Assembly: GCA_010405405.1 (NCBI GenBank)
Contig: MU004241.1
Location: 372,001-436,000 of the forward strand
Direction of reading: 5' to 3'
From: Microthyrium microscopicum
Lineage: Eukaryota
Length of the DNA: 64,000 nt
A program made the translations under genes and the position numbers. Positions 25,843 through 38,413 of this stretch are shown here, one piece after another (positions within the stretch are counted from its first letter, which is position 1; each line of letters starts with the position of its first letter). The notes beneath the pieces are model-generated. The model made no database searches. It saw only the letters and a program-made list of their open reading frames with translations, and was not told the origin of the DNA.

Positions 25843-28800
25843 ACTATAGCTCTTCTAAACTTAGAAGCTAACTCTATTTATATTAGTTAAAAAATTATTA
25901 AGAAACTTAAAGCTTCTATAATACTTATCCTAGAGAAAGAAGTTACTCTTATAAATAGCTATATAGTTATAACTTCCTTTAGAATTTACTTACTTTATTA
26001 TATTAAAACTTTTTATAGCTACTTTAAGACTTATATTCTAAATATCTTTAATTTTAATATTATTTTTAGATTCTTATAGTTCTAGTTATATAATTTATAA
26101 ATTAATTAGATAATAGGACGAATTAAGCTTATAAAGTAATACTTAAGAGGCTTATATACTTATAAGCTTACTATAGGACGCTAAATAGAGCCTCTCTAAA
26201 ATAAAGAAAGCTACTTAGAATAAATAAAATAGTTTATAATTAGCTCTCTTCGCGTAATCTTTTAAATACTTTAGAATAAGATAAAAAAAGTAGAAGATAA
26301 AGTTAAGGACGTTTTTTAGCTAATTTAAGAAATATAGAAATAGTTTAATATCCTCTTAATAACTAACGACTTTAATATTAATAAACTTATTCTAAAAGAT
26401 AAAAGTATATAAAAACTTTTAAATAATTACTATAAGTTTTTTTATTATACTTTTCTTAAACTCTTATTATACTTTAAGTTTAATTATAAAATCTTTATTA
26501 GAGACGTCTCTTCTTATAATTAGGCTTATTATTAGATATCTAGCCTATAATTAGAAAAGTAGAAAAAGTAGATTTAAGAACTACTTACTAAGAGACTTAT
26601 TAAAGTCTTAGAAAGTCCTTAAAGTTTTCTTATCTTATTCGTACTAAAACTAGGAAGAAAATAGAGAATATATATTAATTACTATCTACTTAATATAGTT
26701 ATATATAAAGATATTTATTTTTTACTACAAATTAATAAGTATTTTAATACTATTAATAAAGTAAGATTCTTTTCTAAGCTTAACCTCTTATTAAGCTATT
26801 AATAAGTCTATATAGTAAAAAAAGATATTAAGAAAATAGCCTTTAATATTAAGTCTAGAAAGTATAAGTTCTTTATTATGCTTTTTAGATTAATAAATAC
26901 GCTATTATTCTTTTAGCGTATAATAAATATATTTTTTTAGCTTTTTTTATTAATCTACATAGTTATTTATTTAAATAATATTATTATTTACTTAAATACT
27001 ATAAAAAAATATTATAAGTATATTACTTAGGTTCTAAAGATTTTTTAAAATAATAAATTCTACGCTTATCTTAATAAATACGTTTTTAAAGTTAAGAAGA
27101 TTAAATTTTATAGCTATAAAGTAAAAAGTTAGTAAATCTAACTCTTATATAAAAAAACTACCTTAATTAAGTTTTAGCTTATATTTAAGAACGTATATAA
27201 AGTATATTAATTTCTTAATCTTACCTTATATTATTAGTAATATATTAAGAATTTTGCTAAGATTACTATCCCTATCTTTAACCTCTTAAAAGAAGCTAAT
27301 CTAGATATTAGGAAAAAGAAGCACTACTCTATTATTTAAACCTATTAATATATTATAGTCTTTAATAGAATTAAGACTCTATTAACCTTATTACTTATTT
27401 TAGTAATATATAACTTATAAAAGCTTATAAAGTTTTAAATAGATACTTTAAATTATATAATTAATTATAAGCTAGTATAAGAAAACGACTAAAATAAATA
27501 GTACTTAGTTACTTTTAATAGCTATAAGCTAAGTAAAGCTAAACTTAATTATCTAGTATATAAAAAAGAGCTTCTTATAGTTAAGAATATAATTAGAAAA
27601 TACTAATACTACTTTTTAAGAAAGACTACTAAAATAATTACGAATTATAATAGCTTATAGTATATAAATATAATTAAGAATAATACTTAACGTATTACTT
27701 AATAAATTAAAGAGTTCTAAGAATTTAATCTCATTTTTACGTATTATAAGGGTTTCTAAATAGTAATTCTTAATACTTTTAGTCGCTACTTAAACTTTTA
27801 AGAAGAATAGATTAATACTATTTAAAAAATAGAGCTTAAAAATAGTAATAATAACTTATCTTTTAAGACATAAGCTATTTTATTAGAATTCTTATAAAAG
27901 TAAGAAGAATAAGAAGTCCTTTATATATAAGGCTTATAAAAAGTATTAGAAAAGAAAAATTATACTATTTCTACTAACGTATAAAAGAGGCTTTAAAAAA
28001 GCATTCTTAATTATTTTTAGATTAACTTTAATAAAAATATTAAAAGAAAACGTAGATATCTATTCTTAAAAAAAGATTTCACTAAAGCTAAGATACTTAC
28101 TAGTTTACTCTATATTTACTTCCTTTATTACTAAGACTTTATTAAAAAAGTATATAATTAATATAAGTACCTATTATATATAGGCCTTATTAGTATCTTT
28201 AAACTAGAAGGTTAATAACTAGAAATAAAAGATAACTTTTAAGAATTTACCTAATTCTATTCTATATATTAAGTTTAATAGATAGATTAAAGTAAGTCTA
28301 AGTATAAGTTTTACTATTAAGTATAAAACCTATAGCTATTTAAGGCTTAGAGAATTAATTTAATTAGTAAACTTTTATAGAGTCTTCTTAAGAACTAGTA
28401 TATTATCTATATAATTAACTATACTATAAGATAGTTTATTATAGAAGTAGTACTAAATACTACTACTCTTATAGTTATAAAATTTATTTATAAGAAAATT
28501 ATCTTAGAATATAGTTCTTCTTAATTATTAACCTTAAATAATAAACCTTAATTTATCTTAGATATAATTCTATCCTTATTATAATAGATAAAGACTAAGT
28601 ACTACTTAATAGCTTTATATAACTTCTAGTCTAATAAAAAGGTTAAGAAATTTAATAGCTTACTAAGTATATTCTTAACTAAGTTCTTAAAAGAGAAACT
28701 TATAGCTAACTAAGATCTATACTTAAATTAAGTAGTTTATACTATTAAAGTATAAACTTATATTACGTTAAGAATATCTTTTTTCTTTTTTATTTATAAA

Positions 28801-29110
28801 AAAGATCTTAAAAACTTTAAAATAAGCTAAGTAAAGAAAGATAAATAGGCTAAATTAATTAGTATTATACTTCTTATTTACGTAATTATAAAAGATTATT
28901 TAGAAAAGATTAAAACTACTAAGTAAGTCTATTATAACGCTTTATTAAAACAAGTTATAATTTTAAACCTTATTAATAATAATATAATTTTAAAAAAGGA
29001 TTTTATTATTAAGTTCTTTATAAGTTCTTATATACTTCTTAAAAACTTAAATAAAACTAAGTTTTAGATAGCGTAGTTTAACTTTTATAAAGTCTTAAAA
29101 GCTTATTTTT
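25843..29110 (+). pseudogene. RIP-degraded pol of copy 2
   Basis: Same PR/RT/RH/INT motif relics as copy 1 at an offset of about +10512. Confidence 0.85.
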
Positions 29111-32100
29111 TAGAAATATATACTTTTAAAATATTTAATAAAAGAGTATTTAGAAATCTCGTTTATAAGAATTACCTTATATAAGTATATATATAGAAAG
29201 AAAATAAATATTATTACTAGAACTAGCTATATCTTAAGTATAAGTAACTAAGTAAGAACAACTTTAAAGGCGTCTTAGACAAAAAACGTAAAAGTAAAAT
29301 AAATATATTTATTATAACTAAGAAAGACTAGCTTAATAGATTAAGAAACTTTTTAGTAGAGTTAATTAATATTAAGAAGTTTAGTACTAAGAAATATTAC
29401 TTAAGTCTACTTATTATCTTTCTTAACTTTATAAGAAAAGTTTAGAAAGTTAAAGTAAGTATTTATAAATAAGAAAAGAAACGTTCTATAGTAACTATCT
29501 ATAATCTAAATAGTAACTTAGAGACTTTTATAGCATTAGAATATATTTCTTCTAACTTAATTCTAACTTTAGTATAAAGTAATTTAGAGTAAATAAAATA
29601 AATTATATAGAAAATAAAATATTCTATAGTACTATAAAATCTAGTAAGGAAGAAGAATAATAATATTCTTATTTCTTTAAATTAAAGCTTAATAAAAGAG
29701 GAAATCTTTCTAGTTATAATAAATTAAGAATTAATCTTTATATTATTAAAATAATAAGATTAAGGAGATAAATTATTAAGGCTAAGAAGCTATAATAAAA
29801 TTATTACTTTAATTACTTATATACTTATACTAGAAGTAATAGATCTATATAAATAGGTATCTAATTCTAAAGAGGACTATTAAAGTATTAATTCTTTATT
29901 ATTAAATACTATAAAAGTAAAGATTCTTTTTATAAATTATTTTAAACTTAGTCTACTATAAGAGATAAATACGACTAAAAGATTCTTATAGAATACTAAT
30001 ATATTTAGGCTAATTATAACGCCTAGTAGTTCTATATATCTTAGTACTAGCTTATAATATTTAGGATTAGGATAGAGATAATAAAAAGCTACTCCTAGAT
30101 AAGAGATTATTTTATATATAAATATAAGTAAAGTACTTATAAGAAAGAAAAAAAAAATTAACCTTTTATTATTTCTTTTATAATTTTTCCTAATTATATT
30201 TATTTAAGAAACTATTTATAAGAAATTACTTTTATTTTATTATTAATTTAAGTAAACTATCGCAAACTATAATAAATAAGTTAAACCCTTAGATCTTCTT
30301 AGTAATTTCTAGAACTATTACTAAGGATATTTAAATATAATAAGTTATCTTTAGATCTCCTTAGTAATCCTTAGGACTATTACTAAAGTCTATCCTTTAA
30401 TAAATTAATAAGATAAGACTAGGAAATATAGAAATATTAAAGAATTATCGCTATATATTCTACTATAATTCTATAAAGTCTTATTTCTTTAAGGTTCGTA
30501 CTTACTTCTTCTTTTTATTCTTTAAAAGCTTTACTTAGGCTACTAATTTTATAGTAATTTTAGCTATTTTAAAGTACTTATTATTAATTAGTAACTTAGA
30601 AATACTAGAAGAAGTAGATAACTAAATAATAATAAGATTTAGACTTTTTTTTTAACTTTATAATAAGACGTAGTTTTTATAGAATAAATAAGTTTAAGGT
30701 TTATTATTAAATATATAATTAGTATAGACGTTATTTAAGAAAAGAGCCTTATTTTCTTTATATATATTAATAATATATTTATTATAAGTATAAATTTATA
30801 ATAAGTCTTAATAATACATATAAGTTTTTTTTTACTTTACTTTTATAATTATATATATTATAAAAATCTTTAAATAAGAAGATAATAATAAAATATTTCT
30901 AATTAAGAGTAAAGTACTTAAATACTAATAAATTTCTTATTAAGGTATAAGTATTAAAATATTAGTAACCTTTATTAGAATATTATTATTTTTTTAGTAA
31001 TATTTTAAAAACTAGAAAAGCAATTCTTAAGTTACTTTTTTTTTTAAGAGTTTAACGTTTTTAAAAGCAAGATATTAATTAGAGTTTAGAAACTTAACTT
31101 ATTTCTTTTAATAATTTATACTTTTTTTAGTAATTAGTTTTATTATATTTATATAACTATATATAATAAATAACTTTTTTAGAATTATTATTAAACTTAT
31201 TTTATATTTATACTTTTAAAGTTTTATTTATTTTAACTTTTATTTACGTTTATTATACGTAGCTTTAGTAGTTTTAATATACTTATAAGTATTTTTTAGG
31301 TTTTTATTAATAAAAGCTAATTAATTTTTATAACTTTTTACTTCTTACTTTATAAATTCTTAATACTTTATTAAGTTTATTAATTTCTTTTTAGTAGCCT
31401 TATACTTATAAGTTAAAACTATTATAAAAGTTTTAGTATAGAAATTATATACTTATAATAAGTTAAAAAGTATAGGAGTTTTATACTTAGCCTTATAATT
31501 ACTTTTTAATAAGTTTAGACTTTTTATTATATACGCTAATTTTTAAGTAGAAGTATTATTAATAGAAATTATTTAATAAAATATTTTTAACGTTATAGAA
31601 AGTATTAGAAACTTATAGTAAGAATAAAAGACGTTATTAGAGGTATTACTAAAAAAATCTTTTTTCTTTTTATTAGTTTTTAAAATTTAGTTAATTAGTT
31701 AAAAACTTATAGAATAGGAATAACGCTTAATTAAATTATAAACTAATTTCTTAAAAGTTCTTTTATAACTTAGTAAAGAAGATAGAATCTTAGTCTTAAC
31801 TTTTTTACGTAAATAAGTCGTATAAGATAAAGGCTACTTCTACTTATTCTTTTTTAAAGTATTAATAATTTTTTAATAAGCGCTTAAATAAGAAGAGTTC
31901 CTTTTATTAAACTTTTAAGAACTATTTTTCTTTAAAGTATTTAAAAGAGTTATTTTAAGAATCTTAGAAAGTATAAATAGTAAGTTTTAAGTAGAGAGAA
32001 TATATAAAGTTACTTATATTTAATAATATTAAAAGTATAAGAGGGAATCTACTTCTACTAATTTAAAAGTATTATAGAAGTATAATAAAGAAGAAGAAGA

Positions 32101-32597
32101 AAAGATAATAAATTATAAAACTTTATAAATATAGAATTAAGTTTTTATCTTTATATTTACTTAGATTAGTAATTACTACTTAGTTCTTTATTATTACTTA
32201 TACGTTACTTTTTATAAATTTTATTTTTTAAAGCTTTAATACGTAGATTATATATATTCTTTATTAGATTAAGTAGCTTTAGTATACTTATATAAATCTC
32301 TTATAATTCTTTAATATATTACTACTAATAGCTTCTATATAGATAAACCTTTTTAAAAAGATTAAGAAGTTATAAACGCTTAAGTATTATTTATAATAGT
32401 TTAACTAAGATTTTAAGGAGAGTTCTTAAAGAATAATATCTTAGAGGTAGCTATCTAGTATAGCTAGAGTAATAAACCTAGTTTCTAAGTAAAGATTCTT
32501 TATTAGTTATTATAATATTCTTTTTATTTTACTCATTTATTAAAGCTATAGCTATAAGATTTATAATCTTAAGAGAGTTTACGCTAGTAAGAGAGGA

Positions 32598-32749
32598 TAT
32601 TATAATAAAGAACATGCTAAGGAATTAGATAATTATAGGACTTAATTAGGGATAACATAATCTCCTAATTAGCGTGTCCTAAAAACTATATTAGGCCCTT
32701 AGACTCCCGTAGTAATCAACCACGCTTTATTTCTCATATTCTTGCAACA
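32598..32749 (+). repeat. 3' LTR of copy 2 (152 bp)
   Basis: Ends CTTGCAACA; preceded by the purine tract AAGAGAGGA. Confidence 0.93.
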
Positions 32750-33042
32750 TGTAGCGACCCACTTGTTGGCTTTGCAGGTTGTCGCACATCACCAAGCTTG
32801 CATTTCGATCCCGACCCGTGAACAGCTTTCTGCTGCTGCATTATTATTGCCTTTTACCTGTGCAAGATGAGAAAATTGTCCTCCAACTTTCATACCGTAA
32901 CCCCTTGACATATTTTGCCGACCCATAAGATCCTGTACCATTCCCTCGGTGCCTGTTGCTTGCAACTCCACACAATCATCACTAACCGTAGTCCCTAACC
33001 ACTGACCAGCAGCTGCCAACAGCTCCTCTTTGCTCATCCGGC

Positions 33043-34529
33043 ATGTCGGTGGCAACTGCTAGTAGGTTCCGAGTACGGGATTATCCCTTGAGAGACACCG
33101 ATTCCATTCACAGCGGTCCGCGCGGCACAGGTACCACAGCCAGTATTGTATCTAGTATTAGCAATCGTACCAGTGGTATCGAAGTCGATCCATCCAACGC
33201 CAGCATTTTCACGTATTTCTCCCTCTTTCCTTTCCTTTTCTCTGTCTGTGAATGAATGCCCCTTCTAATACATGTCCGTTCGCAATAGTTTCGGCGATGA
33301 TGGTGAGCCCTTCTTTGAGTACGTCGAAGAACTAGGTCGCCTATATCTGAAGACCAGCAACCAAGATGATGGTACTGCTCTGCTCCCCCAACTTCCAAGC
33401 CCTCTTTACCACTCCGTCGGGTTTACTGACTGTCTCATAGCTTACTTCCTCCCTCACGATGATGTGTGTGCGCCCCGGCCTGTCGTACCACTTTTCGAGT
33501 CATACTAAGAACCGTTTCAGCGGGAAAGAGATCGTCTCAATTTCCAAGATATTATCCTCAAAGCCTTGACGAATACTACACATCATGCCCCTTTGAAGGC
33601 CCCGCAGCGCATATTGGATCTTGGTACGGGGACTGGAGCTTGGGCTGAAGATATAGGTACGTCCTTTGCTTATCCACTTCATAGTATGGAAATCTAACAG
33701 CCTTTATAGCTAAAGAATTTCCCGACTCAGAGGTATGTTTTAGTAGCATCTTGCCCCCCTTCATTTCTCACACTGTCCAGGTTATCGGGACCGATATCTG
33801 CCCCCTACCTTCCGAGTATGGGTAAGAACTCCGAACTGTACGATCGCGACAAAATATTGATAAGCCTATAGCATCCCAGATAATCTTAGATTCTACGCTG
33901 AAGATGCTACCGACTCGAATTGGGGTAGCAAGCCGTTCTCATTCATACATACTCGCATGTTGAACGGGTGCTTCAGCGATTTCAAGAAAATAATACAACG
34001 GTCGTTTGACTACCTGGAGCCAGGCGGTTATATGGAGTCTATGGAACTGTACCCGAAGCTTTTCTGCGAAGATGGACCCGTTTCCCAAGACAATGCCTTT
34101 GCAGACTGGATAACACGACAAGACGAGGCCGCCATGCAACTTGGGAAGCCAATCCGAACGGGCAATAAACTCAAAGCCTGGTACAAAGACTGCGGCTTCA
34201 CAGACATTCGTGAAGAAGTATACAAAATACCCATCAACCAATGGCCTCGAGACGCGCGTCTGAATTGCTTGGGCAAATGCTGGGCACAACAGCTGTCTAT
34301 CGGGCTCTCGCCACAATCACTCCGCCTCTTCAATCAAGCTTACGGCTGGGACCATGGCACCACAGAAATATCGCTTGTGAATGTAAAGAAATCTATACAG
34401 GATAGATCCGTACATGGCTTTCAAAAGATATACGTTGTTTGGGGACAAAAGCCTCTGACGGCTCCAATGAAATTGTTACCGCTAGATGATGAATCGGATA
34501 CAGATACCATCAGCATATCAGGCCAATGA
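33043..34529 (+). CDS. Class I SAM-dependent methyltransferase, LaeA-like/TAM-type (Methyltransf_23), about 7 exons
   Basis: Introns at about 33213-33288, 33372-33440, 33464-33520, 33657-33709, 33733-33780 and 33822-33871. Gives YVEELGRLY...[59 protein letters not shown] and YVVWGQKP, typical of this family. Confidence 0.88.
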
Positions 34530-35102
34530 TCAATCTTAGGACGAGAGCATCTTCACTCACCACAAACCGTTACATACAACGGATCTCCTTCAATACGACA
34601 CGGGGCTTGCTTCTTTCCCCATGCTTTTGTTTTGGGGCAATTTTTCTTCACGACTTCGGTTCTAAAAGGAGTTCAGGTTTAGATCATGTGCAGCATTTGA
34701 CATCATTGGGCGGCTGCAATCATTTCGATTCCTTCATTTCCTGCTTTACATGAGCAACACTGGCTTCTGGTTAGCTACTAGCGGTCTAGCTAGCAAACCA
34801 TCGTAGCTGTAGACTACATTACAATGTATAATCGAATACTGACACTTGCCTCGATGAGAAATTCAAAGACAATTCAGTCCTGCGTGTGTGGAGGAACTTA
34901 TTGGCCACACGGAGAAAACTGCTCAAGTGCTTCAACTACAAAGGAACAAGAACAGAATGAATATTTGAATGATCCCAGATACTTTTGCTGGGCTTCTTAC
35001 GGGTACAATTCGAAGGGTATCTAAATCGAGCTAGTAAATCATCCGTCCGTGCATCATACCAATACATACAAGTCATCTCTCATCAATTCATCACAACCCC
35101 TT

Positions 35103-36059
35103 TCACATCATCTTCACAACACACTTATCACCAACCCCTAACTTGAGAACCGTCATATCATCCTGGTCCTTCCCACGCTCCCCTTCACCAACCATACTCC
35201 GTACCTCATCTATAGTCACAATTTTCGTATCAATCCCTTTCGTCGCCACGCCCTTAAGCTCCTTTTGCTCGTCGTGCGCACCAATCCACAAAGCAGCAGA
35301 TACACTACGCGCCGCCTTGATACCCTTCCGTGCACCTCTTATAAACGCGCTGTTGCCCGTATACCATGGGCCCGTGACTTGGTTGAAAGGATGGAAAATG
35401 AGGCTCAGCCGCTCAGCTTTTTGCGTACTGAACCAGTTGACGAGCGTGCTACAATTGATACCGTGAGGCGCAAATACAACTGTCATTGGCGGCTGTGTGG
35501 ATGAGGCGGTACCAGGGGTATAGACTAGCGAGTATGCGTTATGGAGGCCCATGTAGTCACCGGCCTCGACGAGTAGGCTGATAGTCAGTGTACCAGCAGC
35601 CTGTGGATCAGCGCCGACGAATGGGGCAGGTATGAATTTACGGAAGCGGAAGTTGAAGACGTCGTCGTTGGGTTTCCATGGACCCATTGTCTTGAGCGTG
35701 TTTGGGTTGGTGAAATGCTGCCAGCTGGCGATTCGGTGGGCGGCGTTGAGGGGAGCGAGTATCTTTGCTGAGGTCGTGGCGGGTAAGGTAGTCAGACTTT
35801 CTTGGTGGCAGTGATCTGGGTTATCTTGCGAGACGAGAACGATGTCAGGCTCGGGGAGGTCGCGTAGTGATGTGATATTAGCCGGCGTAGGCCGGATCTG
35901 CCATGAGAAACTGGGGGAGAGTACTTGGGCGGCGCCAACGATCCAAGGGTCTAGAAGGACTGTGATGGCTTCGAGGGGAGGTGTTTCGGTCCATTCTTGC
36001 GGTGTGAATGTGAGGAGAAAGGTCGTGTCGTTGTTCAAGGCTTCAACGGTGAGGGGCAT
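35103..36059 (-). CDS. Metallo-beta-lactamase-fold protein (degenerate metal motif), conserved fungal hypothetical
   Basis: Single exon from ATG 36059 (MPLTVEALNNDTTFLL). Motifs VLLDPWI, PDIVLVSQDNPDHCH, HNA, FAPHGI and WIGAHDE. Confidence 0.75.
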   Translation of the reverse strand: MPLTVEALNNDTTFLLTFTPQEWTETPPLEAITVLLDPWIVGAAQVLSPSFSWQIRPTPANITSLRDLPEPDIVLVSQDNPDHCHQESLTTLPATTSAKILAPLNAAHRIASWQHFTNPNTLKTMGPWKPNDDVFNFRFRKFIPAPFVGADPQAAGTLTISLLVEAGDYMGLHNAYSLVYTPGTASSTQPPMTVVFAPHGINCSTLVNWFSTQKAERLSLIFHPFNQVTGPWYTGNSAFIRGARKGIKAARSVSAALWIGAHDEQKELKGVATKGIDTKIVTIDEVRSMVGEGERGKDQDDMTVLKLGVGDKCVVKMM

Positions 36060-38413
36060 TGTGATAGAATGTGGAATGCGCCACAAAAGTGTATCTCCTG
36101 GTTGGCGGCGAAGAAATTATGTTCGTGAGATGTAGTCTACATGACCTTTACGCTGCGTTCATACAGAGCTACAGACACAAAGATGCTAGTTAAACTAATA
36201 GCCATGGTAGTTACGGCGGAGGAAAGGAGAAATTCAAGAGTCACTGAGACTTGGAGAAGGTTTAAAACGGTCATGTTCTTGTGTGAAGGAGGCAACTTTG
36301 GCCGATATTCTCGAGTGAAGTTGCCAGCCTTTTCCATTGACCGCTGGAAGATGCATGACTTGCAGAGAATTCAGCCACTAAGATCTCCTCATTCGAGTAG
36401 AGCTCGATAGACTAATACTGCCTAAGGTTCCTTATGTGTGCTTAAGCCGGGGAGACGTGGTTGTTAGCCAATGTACTGGGCTCAAAAGCCGAAAAGAGAT
36501 TCTCTCGTTTACTTCAAGTACAGAGTGGGTATTGGCGACGGCAAGAGTAAGCGAATGCACCCTGCATGTGCATCAAAACCCACGAGCTTGGTCTGCATTA
36601 ACACGCAAAGAATTTGCCATATGTGAGCAGTCGCAATTGAGGGCGGGCAGTTCTAGCTTTGCCTCGTTTCTCGTTGTCATTATTTGTGAGTACGCAGTTA
36701 TTGAAAGTAGTATTGCTGTGGTAATTCGCATTACCGTATTAGCATCAACATCTAAACAGGTCTTTTCTTGCTTATTCCTGAACTGGGTGAGGATAATTGA
36801 GTGATTGGTTGGTATTGATCAAATTCGGGACAGGGTTCTGTAAGGCATAATGATTGGTTTGTTGCTTACATCAGATTCCTGTGCCGTCTAAGCGATTGCA
36901 AGCTTGGAGTATTTTATGGCAGAAAGGCTGTTGTAGAGGACATAGTAGATAAAGGCGAGATAGTCAGAAGAAATCTTGACATGGAGTACGGAGTAGTACA
37001 GTATAAGTTGATTTGTTATGGGCTTGATTGATAGAGTACTTCTAGAAGATTGGTTAGATCAGAGGGCGGGTAAAATCATTCTACCAGTCCAGTCTAATCA
37101 AACTGATATAGCGATCCGGAATATTCTACCGTACTCTATAACTTCAACTTGGTAGGGGGAACAGCCCACAGCACCTGCAGGTGGCGGAAAGACAAAATGA
37201 TGAGTGCCATCAGGCTGAAAATAACTGGACAAAATTAAATGCCACGTTCTCAATGCTCAGCAACCATAACATTCACCATGGGCAAATGATAGATACCTAT
37301 GTATCATCATGGTAGGACCCTTGTTTGATCTGAAGCTACAGTTCACGTTTCTTGACCGACTAGTTGACATCTGCTTCAATTTGAAAGATAATACTCCGTG
37401 TCACGCAGCAAGTGAATCTTTCCTGGGGGCATAGCCATACAATCGCAATTTTAGGACACTTTGGAGTACTTGAAGAATTGATCAAATATATATTAGCCAG
37501 AACCAAACTTGTAGAAGGGATTTGTTCTAATTTCTCAGACCTGTCTTGGTTATAAGATGAGCAATTTGGGCGTTGTGAAAATAGTTCTTGTCGGGGTAGC
37601 TCGGCATATTCCGGAGTGATACTGAGACCTGACAATTGACACAGAACACGAAGCCGCAGCTACATGATGTTGATGGAAAGACCAAGTTGACGAAATTGGC
37701 CCCGCTCACTTTCTTCATAGAGCTGAAATTCGTCATGAAGCTGGCTGGTGTGGCTTCACAAAGTGGACATTGAAGTGGGATTGCAAGTCCATGCGTCGAG
37801 CCACAATCGTTTCATCCAGCTTGGAGTTTTGGAGTGTTGAAATCCTACACTCTTGAAAGTTGGAGCAGCCAAAACTCAGAACATGTACATTGCACTGTAC
37901 TGCCAGGTCCTACAAGAATGAAGTAATTTGGTATTTCAAGAACTAACAACTCTCAAGCGCGAATATCAAAGCAATCCAAATCTTGCAGATAAATCCACGT
38001 TTAGAGTGTGCGCCTACTGTTGAGAGCAACCAAGACAGCTAAGATGTGTTTGATTATGCTCCTTTTAGATGCTTGGATCAATCTTGAAATTAGCCAAAAT
38101 TCTTGGTTTGAGACCCTGCAAAGAAGCCATCATATCACATTCGCGCCCAAAAAGTGCAAATTGTTGGGATTACCCACTTCCCAAGGAGGAAGAGTACTAT
38201 CAAAGTGCCACTACGCCCCCCAATGAACATATCACCAACTCGTCCCGACTGTTGGTTCGGTTTCCTTAAGAATGGATTCTTTCCACTGCGTTCTAGAGTC
38301 CAATCTCGTTGTTCCTTTCACATCTCTTGTTTTCTAACATTTACGGTTTTTGCCGTCTCACATTCTTTTATTTACTACCACATTCGTTTCATTCCCTTCG
38401 ACAGGCATCGAAG

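Larger units (their letters stand above)
23146..32749 (+). mobile_element. Full-length Ty3/Gypsy LTR retrotransposon, copy 2 (RIP-inactivated, 9604 bp)
   Basis: TSD TGTAG at 23141-23145 and 32750-32754; LTRs 23146-23297 and 32598-32749; colinear with copy 1 over its whole length (offset about 10511-10574); YLDD relic at 26968. Confidence 0.95.

Noticed and set aside
12635..32749. AT-rich block as centromere, mitochondrial insertion or foreign DNA
   Set aside because: Fully explained by two RIP-mutated LTR retrotransposons with TSDs and pol motifs.
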